A program made the position numbers and the translations under genes. Below the pieces are notes generated by a model. That model was not told where the DNA came from. It worked only from the letters and a program-made list of their open reading frames with translations, and did not search any database. Source: the human T2T-CHM13v2.0 reference genome, Homo sapiens. From it: a DNA stretch of 64,000 nucleotides. The stretch lies in NCBI RefSeq assembly GCF_009914755.1, contig NC_060929.1. The stretch is one strand, 5' to 3'. This document shows, piece by piece, positions 1 through 14,800 of the stretch. Positions within the stretch are counted from its first letter, which is position 1. Every line of letters starts with the position of its first letter.

Positions 1-2039
1 ATTCCATTCCATTCCATTCCACTGCTTTCCATTCGGGATAATTCTATTCCATTCCATTCCATTCCATTCCATTCCATTCCATTCCACTCGGGTTGATTCC
101 ATTCCGTTCCTTTTCATTCAATTCCAATCCCTTCCATTCCACTCGGGATGATTCCATTCCTTTCCATTCCACTCGATTACATTCCCTTCCATTCCACTCG
201 GAATGATTCCATTCCTTTCCATTGCATTCCATTCCAATCCACTCCATTCCATTCCATTCTCTCGAGTTGATTCCATTCCATTCCATTCCATTCCATTCCA
301 TTCCATTCCATTCCATTCGGGTTGATTCTATTCAATTCCTTTACACTCGATTCCATTCCATTCCATTCCAGACAATTCCATTCCATTCCAATTGGGTTGA
401 ATCCATTTCATTCCATTTCGTTCCATTCCATTCTATTCCGTACCATTCCATTCCATTCCATTCGTTTCCTTTTTATGCCATTCCACTCGGGTTCATTCCA
501 TTTCATTCCATTCTATTCGAGTTGATTCCATTCCATTCCTTCCATTCCATTCCGTTCCATTTGGTTCCATTGCAGTCGAGGTGATTCCATTCCATTCCAT
601 TCCATTCCATTCCATTCCATTCCATTCCACTCCATTCCATTCGGGATGATTCCATTCCATTCCATTCCATTCCATTCCACTCTGTTTGATTCAGTTCCAT
701 TCCATTCCATTCCATGCGATTTGATTCCATTCCATTCTATTCAGTTTCATTCCATTTCACGCCATACGATTCCATTCCATTCCATTCCATTCGGGTGCAT
801 TCCATGCCATTCCATTCCATGCCATTCTTATAGATTCCATTCCATTCCATTCCATTGCATTCTATTCCATTCCATTCCACTCGGGTTGATTCCATTCCTT
901 TCCATTCCACTCGATTACATTCCCTTCCATTCCACTCGGAATGATTCCGTTCCATTGCATTCCATTCCATTGCATTCCATTCCAATCCATTCCATTCCAT
1001 TACACCCGAGTTGATTCCATTCCATTCCATTCCATTCCATTCCATTCCATTGCATTCCATTCCATTCCATTCCTTTCCATTCCGTTCCATTCCATTCCAT
1101 TCAATTCGGGTTGATTCTATTCAATTCCTTTACAATCTATTCCATTCTATTCCATTCCACACAATTCCATTCCATTCCATTCCATTCCATTCCAATCGGG
1201 TTGAATCCATTCCATTGCGTTTCGTTCCGTTCCGTTCTATTCCATTCCATTCCACTCTGTTCCATTCCATTTCTTTCCATTCCTTTCCACGCCATTCAAC
1301 TCGGGTTGATTCCATTCCATTCCATTCCTTTCCATTTCATTCTATTCCATTCCACAGGAGTTGATTGCATTCCGTTCCAATCCAATTCATTCCACTCCAC
1401 TCCACTCGATTCCATTCCATTCCATTCCATTTGGGTAGTTTCCGTTCCATTCTATTCCATTCCACTCCATTCCATTCCACTCAGGTTCCCTCGATTCCAT
1501 TCCATTCCATTCCTTTCCATTCCAATCCAGTTGATTCCATTCCATAGAATTCCATTCCATTCCATTCCATTCCATTCCATTCCACTCGGGTTCTTGCCAT
1601 TCCATTCCATTCCATTCCATTCTTTTCCATTCCATTCCACTCGGGTTGAATCCATTCCATTCCATTCCATTCCATTCCATTCCATTCCATTCCATTCCAT
1701 TCCATTCCATTCCATTGTACTACCTTTGATTCCATTCCATTACTTTCCAATCCATTCCATTCAATTCCATTTAATTGCTTTCCATTCAATTCCATTCGAT
1801 TTCATTCCACTCCACTCCACTCGGGTTGATTCCATTACCTTCCATTCCATTCCATTCCCTTCCATTCCACTCGGGTTGATTCCATTCCATTCCATTCCGT
1901 TAAATTCCTTTCCATTTCATTCGGGTTGATTCTATTCAATTCCTTTACACTCCATTCCATTCTATTCCATTCCACACAATTCCATTCCATTCCATTCCAT
2001 TCCATTCCAATCGGGATGAATCCATTCCATTCCATTTCC

Positions 2040-3650
2040 TTCCTTTCCATTCTATTCCATTCCATTCCATACCATGCCATTCCACTCGGGTTGATTCCAT
2101 TCCATTACATTCCATTCCATTTCATTCCATTCCATTCCACAGGAGTTGATTCCCTTTCGTTCCAATCCATTTCATTCCACTCCACTCCATTCCATTCCAT
2201 TCCATTCCATTCCCTTTGGGTAGTTTCCATTCCATTCCATTCCTCTCCATTCCATTCTACTCATGTTCACTCGATTCCATTCCATTCCATTCCATTCCAT
2301 TCCTTTCCATTCTAATCCAGTTGATTCCATTCCATTGAATTCCATTCCAGTCCATTCCATTCCATTACACTCTTGTTCTTGCCATTCAATTCCATTCCAT
2401 TCCTTTCCATTCCATTCCACTCGGGTTGATTCCATTCCATTCCATTCCATTTCATTCCATTGCCATTCCATTCCATTCCATTCCATTCCATTCCATTGCA
2501 CTCTGGTTGATTCCATTCCATTGCATTCCCCTCCATTCAACAATGTTTGATTCAGTTCCATTCAATTCAATTCCAAGCGATTTGATTCCATTCCATTCTA
2601 TTCCGTTTCATTCAGTTGCACGACATACGATTCCATTGCATGCCATTCAATTCGTGTACTTTCCATTCCATTCCATTCCATTCCATTCCATTCCATTCCA
2701 TTCCTTTCCATTCTGGTAGATTCATTCCATTCCATTCCATTCCATTGTACCCGGGTTGATTCCATTCCTTTCCATTCCATTCCACTCCATTCCATTCCAT
2801 TCCACTCGGGTTGATTCCATTCCATTCCTTTCCATTCCATTCCATTCCCTTCCATTCCATTCTATTCCATTCCATTCCATACAATGCCATTCCACTCGGG
2901 TTGATTCCATTCCATTACATTCCGTTCCATTTCATTCCATTCCATTCCACAGGAGTTGATTCCCTTCCGTTCCAAACCATTTCATTCCACTCCACTCCAT
3001 TCGATTCCATTCCATTCCATTCCCTTTGGGTAGTTTCCATTCCATTCCATTCCTCTCCATTCCATTCTACTCATGTTCACTCGATTCCATTCCATTCCAT
3101 TCCATTCCTTTCCATTCTAATCCAGTTGTTTCCATTCCAGTGAATTCCATTCCAGTCCATTCCATTCCTTTACACTCTTGTTCTTGCCATTCCATTCCAT
3201 TCCATTCCTTTCCATTCCATTCCACTCGGGTTGATTCCATTCCATTCCATTCCATTTCATTCCATTGCCATTCCATTCCATTCCATTCCATTGCACTCTG
3301 GTTGATTCCATTCCATTCCATTCCACTCCATTCCACAATGTTTGATTCAGTTCCATTCAATTCAATTCCAAGCGATTTGATTACATTCCATTCTATTCCG
3401 TTTCATTCAGTTGCACGACATACGATTCCATTGCATGCCATTGAATTCGTGTACATTCCATTCCATTCCATTCCATTCCATTCCATTCCATTCCTTTCCA
3501 TTCTGGTAGATTCCATTCCATTCCATTCCATTCCATTGCACTCGGGTTGATTCCATTCCTTTCCATTCCATTCCACTCCATTCCATTCCATTCCACTCGG
3601 GTTGATTCCATTCCATTCCTTTCCATTCCATTCCATTCCCTTCCATTCCA
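2040..3650 (+). repeat. ~0.8 kb direct tandem duplication (2 copies)
   Basis: aggagttgat 2141/2951; tccctttggg 2211/3021; tcatgttcac 2261/3071; ttccaagcga ~2571/~3366; cagttgcacgaca ~2613/~3408. Confidence 0.85.
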
Positions 3651-6600
3651 CATGTGTTGATTCCATTCCTTTCCATTCCACTCCAATACATTCCCTTCTA
3701 TTCCACTTGGGATGATTCCATTTCATTCCATTTCATTCCACTCCATTCCATTTCGTTCCATTCCATTCTATTCCGTTCCATTCCATTCCATTCCATTCCA
3801 TTCCATTCCATTCCATGCCATTCTACTCGGCTTCATTCCATTCCTTTCCATTCCATTTGGGTTGAATCCATTCCATTCCATTCCATTCCATTACATTCCA
3901 TTGCACTCGTGTTGATTCCATTGCATTCCATTCCATTCCATTCTATTCCATTCCATTCCACTCTGTTTGATTCAGTTCCATTCCTTTCCATTCCACGCGA
4001 TTTGATTCCATTCCATTCTATTCCCTTTCATTCCATTCCACGCCATATGATTCCATTCCATTCCATTCCATTCGGGTACATTCCATTCCATTCCATTCCA
4101 TTCCATTCTGGTAGATTCCATTCCATTCCATTCCATTCCATTCCATTCCATTGCATTCCATTGCACTCGGGTTGATTCCATTCCTTTCCATTCCACTCGA
4201 TTACATTCCTTTCCATTCCACTCGGAATGATTCCATTCAATTCCATTACATTACATTGCATTACATTCCAATCCATTCCATTCTATTCCATTACACGCGA
4301 GTTGATTCCATTCCATTCCATTCCATTCCATTCCGTTCCATTCCATTCCATTGAATTCGGGTTGATTCTATTCAATTCTTTGCACTCCATTCCATTCTAT
4401 TCCATTCCACACAATTCCATTCCATTCCATTCCATTCCATTCCATTCCATTCCATTCCATTCCATTCCAATCGGGTTGAATCCATTCCATTGCATTTCGT
4501 TCCGTTCCGTTCTATTCCATTCCATTCCACTCTGTTCCATTCCATTCCATTCAATTTCATTCCACGCCATTCCACTCGGGTTGATTCCATTCCATTCCAT
4601 TCCTTTCCATTTCATTCCATTCCATTCCACAGGAGTTGATTCCATTCCGTTCCAATCCATTTCATTCCACTCCACTCCACACGATTCCATTCCATTCCAT
4701 TCCATTCCATTTTTGTAGTTTCCATTCCATTCTGTTCCATTCCACTCCCTTCCATTCCACTCAGGTTCCCTCAATTCCATTCCATTCCATTCATTTCCAT
4801 TCCAATCTAGTTGATTCCATTCGATAGAATTCCATTCCATTCCATTCTTTTCCATTCCATTCCACTCGGGTTGATTCCTTTCCATTCCATTCCATTCCAT
4901 TCCATTCCATTCCATTCTAGTCCATTGTACTACGTTTGATTCCTTTCCATTACTTTCCAATCCATTCCATTCATTTCCATTTCATTGCTTTCCATTCAAT
5001 TCCATTCGATTCCATTCCACTCCACTCCACTCGGGTTGATTCCATTACCTTCCATTCCATTCTATTCCCTTCCATTCCACTCGTGTTGATTCCATTCCAT
5101 TCCATTTCGTTCCGTTCCATTCCATTCCATTCGGGTTGATTCTATTCAATTCCTTTACACTCCATTCCATTCTATTCCATTCCACACAATTCCATTCCAT
5201 TCCATTTCCTTCCATTCCATTCTATTCCATTGCATTCCATTCCATGCCATTCCACTCGGGTTGATTCCATTCCATTCCATTCCGTTCCATTTCATTCCAT
5301 TCCATTCCACAGGAGTTGATTCCATTCCGTTCCAATCCATTTCATTCCACTCCACTCCATTCGATTCCATTCCATTCCATTCCCTTTGGGTAGTTTCCAT
5401 TCCATTCCATTCCACTCCATTCCATTCTACTCATGTTCACTCGATTCCATTCCATTCCATTCCTTTCCATTCTAATCCAGTTGATTCCATTCCATTGAAT
5501 TCCATTCCAGTCCATTCCATTCCATTACACTCGGGTTCTTGCCGTTCCATTCCATTCCATTCCATTCCTTTCCATTCCATTCCACTCGGGTTGATTCCAT
5601 TCCATTCCATTCCATTTCATTCCATTGCCATTCCATTCCATTCCATTCCATTCCATTGCACTCTGTTTGATTCAATTCCATTCCATTCCATTCCATTCCA
5701 CAATGTTTGTTTAAGTTCCTTTCAATTCAATTCCACGTGATTTGATTCCATTCCATTCTATTCCGTTTCATTCAATTCCACGACATACGATTCCATTGCA
5801 TTCCATTCAATTCGTGTACATTCCATTCCATTCCTCTCCATTCCATTCTACTCATGTTCACTCGATTCCATTCCATTACATTCCATTCCTTTCCATTCTA
5901 ATCCAGTTGATTCCATTCCATTGAATTCCATTCCACTCCATTCCATTCCTTTACACTCTTGTTCTTGCCATTCCATTCCATTCCATTCCATTCCATTCCT
6001 TTCCATTCCATTCCACTCGGGTTGATTCCATTCCATTCCATTCCATTTCATTCCATTGCCATTCCATTCCATTCCATTCCAATCCATTGCACTCTGGTTG
6101 ATTCCATTCCATTCCATTCCACTCCATTCCACAATGTTTGATTCAGTTCCATTCAATTCAATTCCAAGCGATTTGATTCCATTCCATTCTATTCCGTTTC
6201 ATTCAGTTGCACGACATACGATTCCATTGCATGCTATTCAATACGTGTACATTCCATTCCATTCCATTCCATTCCATTCCATTCCATTCCATTCCATTCT
6301 GGTAGGTTCCATTCCATTCCATTCCATTCCATTGCACTCGGGTTGATTCCATTCCTTTCCATTCCATTCCACTCCATTCCATTCCATTCCACTCGGGTTG
6401 ATTCCATTCCATTCCTTTCCATTCCATTCCATTCCCTTCCATTCCACACGTGTTGATTCCATTCCTTTCCATTCCACTCCAATACATTCCCTTCTATTCC
6501 ACTTGGGATGATTCCATTTCATTCCATTTCATTCCATTCCATTCCATTTCGTTCCATTCCATTCTATTCCGTACTATTCCATTCCATTCCATTCCATTCC

Positions 6601-8800
6601 ATTCCTTTCCATTCCATTCCATGCCATTCTACTCGGCTTCATTCCATTCCTTTCCATTCCATTCGGGTTGAATCCATTCCATTCCATTCCATTACATTAC
6701 ATTCCATTACACTCGTGTTGATTCCATTACATTCTATTCCATTCCATTCCATTCTATTCCATTCCATTCCACTCCATTCCATTCGGGATGATTCAGTTCC
6801 ATTCCATTCCATTCCATTCCATTCCATTCCATTCCATTCCACTCTGTTTGATTCAGTTCCATTCCATTCCATTCCACGCGATTTGATTCCATTCCATTCT
6901 ATTCCCTTTCATTCCATTCCACGCCATATGATTCCATTCCATTCCATTCCATTCGGGTACATTCCATTCCATTCCATTCCATTCCATTCCATTCCATTCC
7001 ATTCCATTGCATTCCATTGCATTCCATTGCAGTCGGGTTGATTCCATTCCTTTCCATTCCACTCGATTACATTCCCTTCCATTCCATTTGGAATGATTCC
7101 ATTCCATACCATTCCATTACATTGCATTACATTCCAATCCATTCCATTCCATTCCATTACACCCGAGTTGATTCCATTCCATTCCATTCCATTCCATTCC
7201 ATTCCATTCCATTCCATTCCATTCCATTCCATTCCATTCCGTTCCATTCCATTCCATTGAATTCGGGTTGATTCTATTCAATTCTTTACACTCCATTCCA
7301 TTCTATTCCATTCCACACAATTCCATTCCATTCCATTCCATTCCATTCCATTCCATTCCATTCCATTCCAATCGGGTTGAATCCATTCCATTGCATTTCG
7401 TTCCGTTCCGTTCTATTCCATTCCATTCCACTCTGTTCCATTCCATTCCATTCAATTTCATTCCACGCCATTCCACTCGGGTTGATTCCATTCCATTCCA
7501 TTCCTTTCCATTTCATTCCATTCCATTCCACAGGAGTTGATTCCATACCGTTCCAATACATTTCATTCCACTCCACTCCACTCGATTCCATTCCATTCCA
7601 TTCCATTTGTGTAGTTTCCATTCCATTCTATTCCATTCCACTCCATTCCATTCCACTCAGGTTCCTTCAATTCCATTCCATTCCATTCATTTCCATTCCA
7701 ATCTAGTTGATTCCATTCAATAGAATTCCATTCCATTCCATTCTTTTCCATTCCATTCCACTCGGGTTGATTCCTTTCCATTCCATCCCATTCCATTCCA
7801 TTCCATTCCATTCCAGTCCATTGTACTACGTTTGATTCCTTTCCATTACTTTCCAATCCATTCCATTCAATTCCATTTCATTGTTTTCCATTCAATTCCA
7901 TTCGATTCCATTCCACTCCACTCCACTCGGGTTGATTCCATTACCTTCCATTCCATTCTATTCCCTTCCCTTCCACTCGTGTTGATTCCATTCCATTCCA
8001 TTTCGTTCCATTCCATTCCATTCCATTCGGGTTGATTCTATTCAATTCCTTTACACTCCATTCCATTCTATTCCATTCCAGGCAATTCCATTCCATTCCA
8101 TTCCATTCCATTCCATTCCATTCCAATCGGGTAGAATCCATTCCATTCCATTTCCTTCCATTCCATTCTATTCCATTGCATTCCATTCCATGCCATTCCA
8201 CTCGGGTTGATTCCATTCCATTCCATTCCGTTCCATTTCATTCCATTCCATTCCACAGGAGTTGATTCCATTCCGTTCCAATCCATTTCATTCCACTCCA
8301 CTCCATTCGATTCCATTCCATTCCATTCCCTTTGGGTAGTTTCCATTCCATTCCATTCCACTCCATTCCATTCTACTCATGTTCACTCGATTCCATTCCA
8401 TTCCATTCCTTTCCATTCTAATCCAGTTTATTCCATTCCATTGAATTCCATTCCAGTCCATTCCATTCCATTACACTCGGGTTCTTGCCGTTCCATTCCA
8501 TTCCATTCCTTTCCATTCCATTCCACTCGGGTTGATTCCATTCCATTCCATTCCATTTCATTCCATTGCCATTCCATTCCATTCCATTCCATTCCATTGC
8601 ACTCTGTTTGATTCCATTCCATTCCATTCCATTCCATTCCATTCCATTCCATTCCATTCCACAATGTTTGATTAAGTTCTTTTCAATTCAGTTCCACGTG
8701 ATTTGATTCCATTCCATTCTATTCCGTTTCATTCAATTCCACGACATACGATTCCATTGCATTCCATTCAATTCGTGTACATTCCATTCCATTCGATTCC
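3050..8800 (+). repeat. ~2.8-2.95 kb tandem unit, two copies (related partial copy at ~1000-2250)
   Basis: tcatgttcac 3071/5852; ccaagcga ~3368/~6164; cttgggatg ~3706/~6502; ttgaattcggg 4351/7257; gtactacg ~4927/~7823; taagttc ~5712/~8673. Confidence 0.87.
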
Positions 8801-11800
8801 ATTCCATTCCATTCCATTCCTTTCCATTCTGGTAGATTCCATTCCATTCCATTCCATTCCATTGCACTCGGGTTGATTCCATTCCTTTCCATTCCATTCC
8901 ACTGGGGTTGATTCCATTCCATTTCTTTCCTTTCCATTCCATTCCCTTCCATTCCACTCGGGTTGATTCCATTCCTTTCCATTCCACTCCAATACATACC
9001 CTTCTATTCCACTCAGAATGATTCCATTTCATTCCATTTCATTCCATTCCATTCCATTTCGTTCCATTCCATTCTATTCCGTACCATTCCATTCCATTCC
9101 ATTCCATTCCATTCCATGCCATTCTACTCGGGTTCATTCCATTCCTTTCCATTCCATTCGGGTTGAATCCATTCCATTCCAATCCATTCCATTCCATTCC
9201 ATTACACCCGAGTTGATTCCATTCCATTCCAATCCATTCCATTCCATTCTATTCCATTCCATTCCATTCCGTTCCATTCCATTCCATTCGGGTACATTCC
9301 ATTCCATTCCATTCCATTCTGGCAGATTCCATTCCATTCCATTCCATTCCATTGCATTCCATTGCACTCGGGTTGATTCCATTCATTTCCATTCCACTCA
9401 ATTACATTCCCTTCCATTCCACTCGGAATGATTCCTTTCCATTTCATTCCATTCCATTGCATTCCATTCCGATCCATTCCATTCCATTCCATTCCATTCC
9501 ATTACAATTGGTTTGAATCCATTCCATTCCATTTCCTTCCATTCCATTCTATTCCATTCTATTCCATTCCATTCAGGTTTCTTCTATTCAATTCCTTTAC
9601 ACTCCATTCCATTCCACACAATTCCATTCCATTCCATTCCATTTCAAGTGGGTTGAATCCATTACATTCCTTTTCGTTCCATTCCATTCCATTGCATTCC
9701 ATTGCATGCCATTCCAATCGGGTTGATTCCTTTCCATTCCATTACATTCGGTTTGATTAAATTCCATTCCATGCAATCCCATTCCATTCCATTCCATTCT
9801 ATTCCATTCCATTCCATTCCATTGCACTCGGGTTGATTCCATTCCATTCCATTCCATTCCATTCCATTCCATTCCATTCCATTCCATTCCATTCGGGATG
9901 ATTCCATTGGATTCCATTCCATTCCATTCCATTTCATTCCATTCCATTCCATTCCATTCCATTCCATTCCATTCCATTCCATTCCACTCAGGTTGATTCC
10001 ATTCCATTCCTTTCCATTCAATTCCATTCCCTTCCATTCCACTCGGGTTGATTCCATTCCTTTCCATTCCACTCTATTACATTCACTTCCATTCCACTCG
10101 GAATGATTCCATTCCATTCCACTGCATTCCATTCCAATGCATTCCATTACATTCAATTCCACCTGAGTTGATTCCATTCCATTCCATTCCCTTCCATTCC
10201 ATTACATTCCATTACATTCCATTCCACTCCATTCCATTCAGGTTGATTCCATTCCATTCCATTCCATTCCATTCCATTCCATTCCATTCCATTCCATTCC
10301 ATTCCACTCTTTTTGATTCAGTTCCATTCCATTCCATTCCGTGCGATTTGATTCCATTCCATTCCATTCAGTTTCATTGCATTCCACGCCATACGATTCC
10401 ATTCCATTCCATTCCATTCAGGTACATCCATTCCATTCCATTCCATTCTTATAGATTCCATTCCATTCCATTCCATTCCATTCCATTCCATTCCATTCCA
10501 TTCCATTCCACTCGAGTTGATTCCATTCCATTTCATTCCATTCCATTCCATTCCGTTCCGTTCCATTCCATTCCATTCCATTCGGGTTTATTCTATTCAA
10601 TTCCTTTACAGTCCATTCCATTCCACACAATTCCATTCCATTCCATTCCATTCCATGTGGGTGGAATCCATTACATTCCATTTCGTTCCATTCCATTCCA
10701 TTGCATTCCATTGCATGCCATTCCACTCGGGTTGAATCCATTCCATTCCATTCCATTCGGGTTGATCTCATTCCATTCCGTTCCATTCCATACCATTGCT
10801 CTCGGGTTGATTCCGTTCCATTCCGTTCCATTCCATTCCATTCCATTCGGGTTTATTCTATTAAATTCCTTTACACTCCATTCCATTCCACACAATTACA
10901 TTCCATTCCATTCCATTCTAAGTGGGTGGAATCCATTACATTCCATTTCGTTCCATTCCATTCCATTGCATTCCATTGCATGCCATTCCACTCGGGTAGA
11001 ATCCATTCCATTCCATTCAATTCGATTCCATTCCATTGCACTCGGGTTCATTCCCTTCAATTCCATTCCATTCCTTCCATTCCATTCCATTCCATTCCAT
11101 TGCACTCGGGTTGATTCCATTCGATTCCATTCCTTTCCATTCCATTCCATTCCATTCCATTCCATTCTTGTTGATTCCATTCCATTCCATTCCATTCCAT
11201 TCCATTCCATTCCATTCCACGCAGGTTGATTCCATTCCATTAATTTCCATTCCATCCCATTCCCTTCCATTCCACTCGGGTTGATTCCATTCCTTTCCAT
11301 TCCACTCCAATACATTCACTTCTATTCCACTCGGAATGATTCCATTCCATTCCATTTCGTTCCATTCCATTCCATTTCGTTCCATTCCATTCTATTCCGT
11401 ACCATTCCATTCCATTCCATTCCATGCCATTCCACTCGGGTTAATTGCGTTACTTTCCATTCCATTCGGATTGAATCCATTCCATTCCATTCCATTCCAT
11501 TCCATTCCATTCCATTGCATTTCATTGCACTCGTGTTCATTCCATTCCATTCCATTCCATTCCATTCTATTCCATTCCATTCCACTCCATTCCATTCGGG
11601 ATGATTCTGTTCCATTCCATTCCATTGCATTCCATTCCATTCCATTCCATTCCATTCCATTCCATTCCATTCCATGCCATTCCACTCGGGTTAATTCCGT
11701 TTCTTTCCATTCCATTCGGGTTGAATCCATTCCATTCCATTCCATTCCATTCGATTAAATTCCATTGCATTTCATTGCACTCCTGTTCGTTCCATTCCAT

Positions 11801-14800
11801 TCCATTCCGTTCCATTCCATTCTATTCCATTCCATTCCACTCCATTCCATTCGGGATGATTCTGTTCCATTCCATTCCATTCCATTCCATTCCACGCGAT
11901 TTGATTCCATTCCATTCTATTCCGTTTAATTCCATTCCATGCCATACGATTCCATTCCATTCCATACCATTCGGGTACATTCCATTCCATTCCATTCCAT
12001 TCTGGTAAATTCCATTCCATTCCATTCCATTCCTTTACATTGCATTCCATTTCACTCGGGTTGATTCCATTCCTTTCCATTCCACTCGATTACATTCCCT
12101 TCCATTCCACTCGGAATGAATCCATTCCATTCCATTCCATTCTGGTAGATTCCATTCCATTCCACTCGGAATGAATCCATTCCATTCCATTCCATTCCAT
12201 TGCATTCCATTCCAATCCATTCCTTTCCATTCCATTCCGTTCCAATTGGTTTGAATCCATGGATTAAATTCCATTCCATTCCATTCAATTCCATTCCATT
12301 CCATTCCACTCTATTCCATTTGGGATGATTCCATTGCATTCCATTCCATTCCATTCCATTCCATTCCATTCCATTCCACTTGGGTTGATTCCATTCCATT
12401 CCTTTCCATTCCATTCCATTCCCTTCCATTCCAGTCGGGGTGATTCCATTCATTTCCATTCCACTCGATTACATTCCCTTCCATTCCACTCGGAATGATT
12501 ACATTCCATTCCATTGCATTCCATTCCAATCCATTCCATTCCATTCCATTCCACTCGAGTTGATTCCATTCCATTCCATTCCATTCCATTGCTTTCCATT
12601 CCATTTCATTCCATTCTATTCGGGTTGATTCCATTCCATTCCATTCCATTCCATTCCATTCCATTCCATTCCATTCCATTTCACTCGAGTTGATTCCATT
12701 CCATTCCATTCCATTCCATTCCATTCCATTCCATTCCATTCCTTTCCATTCCATTCCATTCCATTCCTTTCCATTCCATTCCACTCGGGTTGATTCCATT
12801 CTATTCATTTCCATTCCATTCCATTCCCTTCCATTCCACTCGGGTTGATTCCATTCCTTTCCATTCCACTAGAATACATTCCCTTCTATTCCACTCCGAA
12901 TGATTCCATTCCATTTTATTTTGTTCCATTCCGTTCTATTCCGTACCATTCCATTCCATTCCATTCCTTTCCATTCCATGCCATTCCTCTCGGGTTGAAT
13001 CCATTTCATTCCATTCTATTCTGGTTGATTCCATTCCATTCCATTCCATTCCATTCCATTCCATTCCATTCCCTTGCATTCCATTGTACTCGAGTTGATT
13101 CCATTCCATTCCATTCCATTCCATTCCATTCCATTCCATTCCATTCCATTTCATTTCATTCCATTCCATTCTATTCCGTACCATTCCATTCCATTCCATT
13201 GCATTGCATTCCATTCCATTCCATTCAATTCAATTCCATTCCATTCGGATTGAATCCATTCCATTCCATTCTATTCCATTCGATTCCATTCCATTGCACT
13301 CGGGTTCATTCCATTCCATTCCATTCCATTCCATTCCATTCCACTTCATTCCATTCCATTCCACTTCATTCCATTCGGGATGATTCCATTCCATTCCATT
13401 CCATTCCATTCCATTCCATTCCATTCCACTCTGTTTGATGCAGTTGCATTCCATTCCATTCCACGCGATTTGATTCCGTTCCATTCTATTCCGTTTCATT
13501 CCATTCCATGCCATATGATTCCATTCCATTCCATTCCATTCGTGTACATTCCATTCCATTCCATTCCATTCCATTCTGGTAGATTCCATTCCATTCCATT
13601 CCATTCCATTGCACTTGGGTTGATTCCAATTCATCCTATTCCATTCCATTCCATTCCATTCCATTCCATTCCATTCCATTCGACTCTGTTTGATTCAGTT
13701 GCATTCCATTCCATTCCACGTGATTTGATTCCATTCCATTCTATTGCGTTTCATTCCCTTCCACGCCATACGATTCCATTCCATTCCACACCATTCGGGT
13801 ACATTCCATTCCATTCCATTCCATTCCTTTCCATTCCATTCCATTGCACTTGGGTTGATTCCAATTCATTCCCTTCCATTCCATTCCATTCCATTCCATT
13901 GCATTCCATTCCATTCCATTCCATTCCGTTCCATTCCATTCAACTCCTTTCCATTCCATTCCATTCCATTCCATTCGGGTTGTTTCTATTCAATTCCTTT
14001 ACACTCCATTCCATTCCATTCCATTCTATTCCACTCCATTCCATTCCATTCCATTCCATTCCTCTCTGTTTGATTCTGTTGCATTCCATTCCATTCCACG
14101 CGATTTGATTCCATTCCATTCTATTGCGTTTCATTCCCTTCCACGCCATACGATTCCATTCCATTCCACACCATTCGGGTACATTCCATTCCATTCCATT
14201 CCATTCCTTTCCATTCCATTCCATTGCAATTGGGTTGATTCCAATTCATTCCCTTCCATTCCATTCCATTCCATTGCATTCCATTCCATTCCATTCCATT
14301 CCGTTCCATTCCATTCAACTCCTTTCCATTCCATTCCATTCCATTCCATTCGGGTTGTTTCTATTCAATTCCTTTACACTCCATTTCATTCCATTCCATT
14401 CCACACAATTCCATTCCGTACCATTCCATTCCATTCCATTCCTTTCCGTTCCATGCCCTCCCAATCGGATTGATTCCATTTCATTCAATATTATTCGGGT
14501 TGATTGCATTCCATTCCATTCCATTCCATTCCATTCCATTCCATTGCATTCCATTGCACTCGAGTTTATTCCATTCCATTCCATTCCATTCCATTGCACT
14601 AGAGTTGATTCCACTCCATTCCATACCATTCCATTCCATTCCATTCCATTCCTTTCCCCTCCATTCCACTCGGGTTCTTGCCATTCCATTCCATTCCATT
14701 CCATTCCATTCCATTCCATTCCACTCGGGTTGATTCCATTCTGTTCTTTTCCATTCCATTCCATTCCCTTCCATTCCACTCGGGTTGATACCATTCCTTT

